Assembly: GCF_044239005.1 (NCBI RefSeq)
Contig: NZ_JBIICH010000001.1
Coordinates: forward strand, 1 to 51,051
Reading direction: 5' to 3'
From: Sphingorhabdus sp.
GTDB lineage: Bacteria; Pseudomonadota; Alphaproteobacteria; Sphingomonadales; Sphingomonadaceae
Length of the DNA stretch: 51,051 nucleotides
Shown piece by piece: positions 47,761-51,051 of the stretch. The position numbers and the translations under genes are program-made. The stretch's first letter is position 1. Each line of letters starts with the position of its first letter. The notes beneath the pieces are model-generated. The model did no database searches and was not told where the DNA came from. It worked only from the letters and a program-made list of their open reading frames with translations.

Positions 47761-47871
47761 TTAGTCGCCCGGAGACGCTGAAGACCCCGCCAATAGGCCG
47801 CCGTCCAGATGCACTTCGCTTCCGGTCATATAGGTGGCGTCATCGGACGCGAGCATCAGGGCAATTGCAAC
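47761..47871 (-). pseudogene. C-terminal remnant of a short-chain dehydrogenase/reductase gene
   Basis: Manual translation gives VAIALMLASDDATYMTGSEVHLDGGLLAGSSASPGD*, matching the SDR terminal 'LASDxxxYxTGxxxxxDGG'. An in-frame stop at 47899-47901 lies upstream and there is no N-terminal part. Confidence 0.75.
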
Positions 47872-48040
47872 GCCGCCAATTCGGTACGTTTCCTGTATTC
47901 AAAGGATATTTGACCACTGCATCGCTGTGTGGCGGCTATCTGAGCCGTGTGAAGGGCGTTTGCACTCTTTAGCCTTGAATCACTGGACCTACTCCAATTA
48001 AGCAGGCCACAAGGATTAACAGCGTTACGGGAGAGAGCAA

Positions 48041-49993
48041 GTGAGTGAGCATCAGGACTGGTTTCCAATTCCCGAGACGGCTGCCCGTAACACGCAATGC
48101 AGCGCTGCAGATTATGACCTTATGTATGCGCAAAGCATCAGCGCGCCCGATGCATTTTGGGCGGAGCAAGCCAAGCGGATCGATTGGTTCACGCCGCCGA
48201 CGAAAATTGGCAACTGGTCGTTCGACCCCGTGTCGATCAAATGGTATGAAGACGGTGTATTGAACCTCTGCCACAACGCCGTTGACCGCCATGTTGCCGC
48301 GGGGAAGGGCGACGCGATCGCCTTTATCTTTGAGCCTGATGACCCGGCCAAAGATGCGCGCCGGGTTTCCTATTCCGAACTGCTGGCAGAGGTTAAGCGC
48401 ATGGCTGGCGCGCTCAAGACCCTTGGCGTTGGCAAAGGGGACCGCGTTACAATTTATATGCCCATGTGCGTTGAGGGCGCGGTTGCGATGCTCGCCTGCG
48501 CACGGATCGGCGCGGTGCACAGCGTTGTTTTTGGCGGCTTTTCGCCTGAGGCGATTGCTGGACGTATAGAAGATTGCGGGAGCCGGTTTGTGGTCTGCGC
48601 AGACACGGCGTTGCGCGGTGGCAAGTCGGTGCCGTTAAAGGCGAATATTGATGTGGCGCTGACAAAAGTGGACGGCGTCGATGCCGTTTTGGTTGTGCAG
48701 CACACAAGCGAACCTGTTGCGATGCAGGCTGGCCGCGACCATTGGTATCACGACTTTGGCGCGTCGGATGATTGCCCTTGCGAACCCATGAACGCCGAAG
48801 ACCCGTTGTTCATATTATATACCTCAGGATCAACGGGCAGCCCAAAGGGTGTGCTGCACACCGTCGGTGGCTATTCGGTATGGACCGCGAGCACATTTCA
48901 TTATGTCTTTGACTATCGTCCCGGAGAGGTCTTCTTTTGCTCCGCCGACATTGGTTGGGTCACAGGGCACAGCTATGTCGTCTATGGGCCGTTACAAAAT
49001 GGCGGCACCAGCCTGATATTCGAAGGCATTCCAAGCTATCCCGATAGCGGGCGTTTCTGGGACATTATTGACCGGCATCAGGTGAACATATTCTACACGG
49101 CGCCAACGGCATTGCGCGCGTTGATGCGCGATGGCGATGCGCCGGTTCTGGCGCGCTCGCGCAAGTCGCTGCGCTTGCTGGGTACGGTGGGTGAGCCCAT
49201 CAATCCCGAAGCTTGGCGCTGGTATCACGCAACGGTGGGCGAAGGGAAATTGCCCATTGTCGACACATGGTGGCAGACAGAGACGGGCGGCGTGATGATC
49301 ACAACCTTGCCCGGTGCGCATGGCATGAAACCGGGCAGCGCAGGGCGGCCTTTCTTTGGCATTCAGCCGCAGTTGGTGGATAATGAAGGCGTCGTACTTG
49401 CCGATGAACATATTGGCGGCGCAACATCGGGTAATTTGTGCATTACGCACAGCTGGCCGGGGCAGGCACGCACCGTCTATGGCGATCATGACCGTTTCGT
49501 GCAGACCTATTTTTCGACCTATGCAGGCAAATATTTTACAGGCGACGGCTGCCGCAGGGATGAAGACGGCTATTACTGGATCACGGGCCGCGTTGACGAC
49601 GTCATTAACGTATCGGGCCACCGCATGGGCACTGCCGAGGTGGAAAGCGCGCTCGTGCTGCACGACAAGGTCGCAGAGGCAGCCGTCGTTGGATTTCCGC
49701 ACGATATAAAAGGGCAGGGCATATATTGCTACGTAACCCTGAATGTCGGGGAAGAGCCGTCGGACGAACTTCACGCGGAACTTCGGCAGCAGGTGCGCGT
49801 TGAAATCGGACCAATTGCGTCGCCCGATCATATCCATTTCACCACTGCACTGCCCAAAACGCGATCGGGCAAAATCATGCGGCGCATATTGCGTAAGATT
49901 GCCGAAAATGATTTTGGTGCGCTGGGGGATACGTCAACGCTTGCTGACCCAAATGTTGTCGATGCGCTTATTGCGGGACGGCAAAACCAGTGA
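48041..49993 (+). CDS. acs: Acetyl-CoA synthetase
   Basis: [35 protein letters not shown] and [11 protein letters not shown]; GTG start. Confidence 0.97.
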   Translation: MSEHQDWFPIPETAARNTQCSAADYDLMYAQSISAPDAFWAEQAKRIDWFTPPTKIGNWSFDPVSIKWYEDGVLNLCHNAVDRHVAAGKGDAIAFIFEPDDPAKDARRVSYSELLAEVKRMAGALKTLGVGKGDRVTIYMPMCVEGAVAMLACARIGAVHSVVFGGFSPEAIAGRIEDCGSRFVVCADTALRGGKSVPLKANIDVALTKVDGVDAVLVVQHTSEPVAMQAGRDHWYHDFGASDDCPCEPMNAEDPLFILYTSGSTGSPKGVLHTVGGYSVWTASTFHYVFDYRPGEVFFCSADIGWVTGHSYVVYGPLQNGGTSLIFEGIPSYPDSGRFWDIIDRHQVNIFYTAPTALRALMRDGDAPVLARSRKSLRLLGTVGEPINPEAWRWYHATVGEGKLPIVDTWWQTETGGVMITTLPGAHGMKPGSAGRPFFGIQPQLVDNEGVVLADEHIGGATSGNLCITHSWPGQARTVYGDHDRFVQTYFSTYAGKYFTGDGCRRDEDGYYWITGRVDDVINVSGHRMGTAEVESALVLHDKVAEAAVVGFPHDIKGQGIYCYVTLNVGEEPSDELHAELRQQVRVEIGPIASPDHIHFTTALPKTRSGKIMRRILRKIAENDFGALGDTSTLADPNVVDALIAGRQNQ

Positions 49994-50029
49994 CGTCGAC
50001 AAAGCGTTAGAATTCCGGCGTTCGCCTTT

Positions 50030-50049
50030 ACTTGACGCTTGCGTCAAGT
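50030..50049. promoter_or_regulatory. LiuR(MerR)-like operator upstream of the CoA-transferase
   Basis: ACTTGACGC-TT-GCGTCAAGT, with perfect 9-bp arms overlapping a TTGACG -35-like hexamer. Confidence 0.5.
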
Positions 50050-50114
50050 GCCGCGACACCTTAACAGATACGCGTTAATCGCGCGATTAAATGCGCCATA
50101 TTGGGAAAAGCTTC

Positions 50115-51051
50115 ATGACCGATTCTCCAGCAAAAACGGGTCCCTTAAAAGGCATTAAGGTCGTTGAACTCGCTGGAATTGGACCGGGGCCATATGCGGG
50201 CCAGCTGCTGTCTGACATGGGCGCTGATGTCATTGTGATTGACCGGCCCGGCGGCTCGATTGTTCCCAAGGCGATTGATGCGCGGGGCAAAAGGTCGATG
50301 GTTCTTGACCTGAAAAAACCGGAAGCTGTCGCGGCGCTGTTAAAGATTGTCGCAACTGCCGACGTCCTTATCGAAGGTCTGCGGCCCGGCGTGACCGAGC
50401 GTATGGGTGTTGGCCCCGATGTCTGTCACGCCATTAACCCGCGCTTGATCTATGGCCGCATGACCGGCTGGGGACAGACCGGCGCATGGAGCCAGATGGC
50501 GGGTCATGATATCAACTATATCGGTATGACCGGCGTATTGAACGCGATTGGCAAAGACGGTCAGCCGCCCGTTCCGCCGCTCAACATGATCGGTGATTTT
50601 GGCGGCGGTTCCATGTTCCTCGTCAACGGCATCCTTGCTGCAATCATTGAGCGTGCGCAGACGGGCCGTGGCAATATCGTCGATGCCGCGATTGTCGATG
50701 GCACGCATAGCCTGATGAGCTTTGTCCACGGCATGGCCGGCCTTGGCCAATGGCGGACGAAGCGTGAGGCAAATTTGCTCGACGGTGCCGCGCCATTTTA
50801 TCGCTGCTACATGACGGCCGATGGCAAGTTCATGGCGGTTGGCTGCATCGAGCCACAATTTTTTGCCGCGATGATGGAACGTTTGCCCATCGATCGTGAG
50901 GCCTACGGTGCACAGCATGACCATGCCGCATTCGCGAAGCAGCATGAAATGCTGGAGGATGTGTTCGCCACCAAGACGCGTGATGCTTGGGAAGCGATTT
51001 TTGCCGGCACCGACGCATGCGTAACGCCGGTGCTCGACTATGTTGAGGCGG
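50115..51051 (+). CDS. CaiB/BaiF family III CoA-transferase / alpha-methylacyl-CoA racemase (truncated by the window end)
   Basis: Not in the ORF track because there is no stop. Manual translation gives MTDSPAKTGPLKGIKVVELAGIGPGPYAGQLLSDMGADVI..., then GRMTGWGQTG, AGHDINY and NMIGDFGGG. Confidence 0.9.
   Translation, partial: MTDSPAKTGPLKGIKVVELAGIGPGPYAGQLLSDMGADVIVIDRPGGSIVPKAIDARGKRSMVLDLKKPEAVAALLKIVATADVLIEGLRPGVTERMGVGPDVCHAINPRLIYGRMTGWGQTGAWSQMAGHDINYIGMTGVLNAIGKDGQPPVPPLNMIGDFGGGSMFLVNGILAAIIERAQTGRGNIVDAAIVDGTHSLMSFVHGMAGLGQWRTKREANLLDGAAPFYRCYMTADGKFMAVGCIEPQFFAAMMERLPIDREAYGAQHDHAAFAKQHEMLEDVFATKTRDAWEAIFAGTDACVTPVLDYVEA

Noticed and set aside
50075-50090. TTAA...TTAA as a CtrA box
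   Set aside because: The spacer is 8 nt rather than 7, so it is kept only as an unassigned palindrome.
1-51051. CRISPR arrays, rRNA, prophage, IS elements and recognisable anti-phage systems
   Set aside because: I saw no regularly spaced repeats and no phage, transposase or defence-family motifs by eye.

Overview
Chromosomal window from an alphaproteobacterium, most likely a sphingomonad (Sphingorhabdus-like). This is inferred from gene order (rne-amiC-mrcA-prfB, bepA-dsbA, ppx-rlmE), a perfect CtrA box and a sphingomonad-type REP-like repeat. The left flank (1-11.3 kb) and right flank (35.3-51 kb) are mostly housekeeping: typA, ybbAP-tesA, telA, tRNA-Gln, ppx, rlmE, dsbA, bepA, rne, amiC, mrcA, prfB, acs and a CoA-transferase. 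The middle (11.4-35.2 kb) is accessory: galM, a receiver/histidine-kinase pair, a GH43-uxaC-uxuB hexuronate operon, an AGMO/sterol-desaturase-like gene with a divergent LysR, and a sulfotransferase-like/aminotransferase-IV pair. The most interesting part is a ~10.6 kb catabolic cluster (22781-33414) with two Cys-type sulfatases, a lipoprotein formylglycine-generating enzyme, two tandem haloalkane dehalogenases, a long GST-like protein, an unknown ~413 aa protein, three small uncharacterised genes and a TetR regulator. The same palindrome, TGRCA-N7-TGYCA, sits in all three promoter regions of this cluster, which suggests one regulon. My hypothesis is that it degrades a molecule that is both sulfated and halogenated, such as an algal chlorosulfolipid. 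No CRISPR array, integrase or transposase was seen. All family calls come from motif recognition by eye, with no database search.
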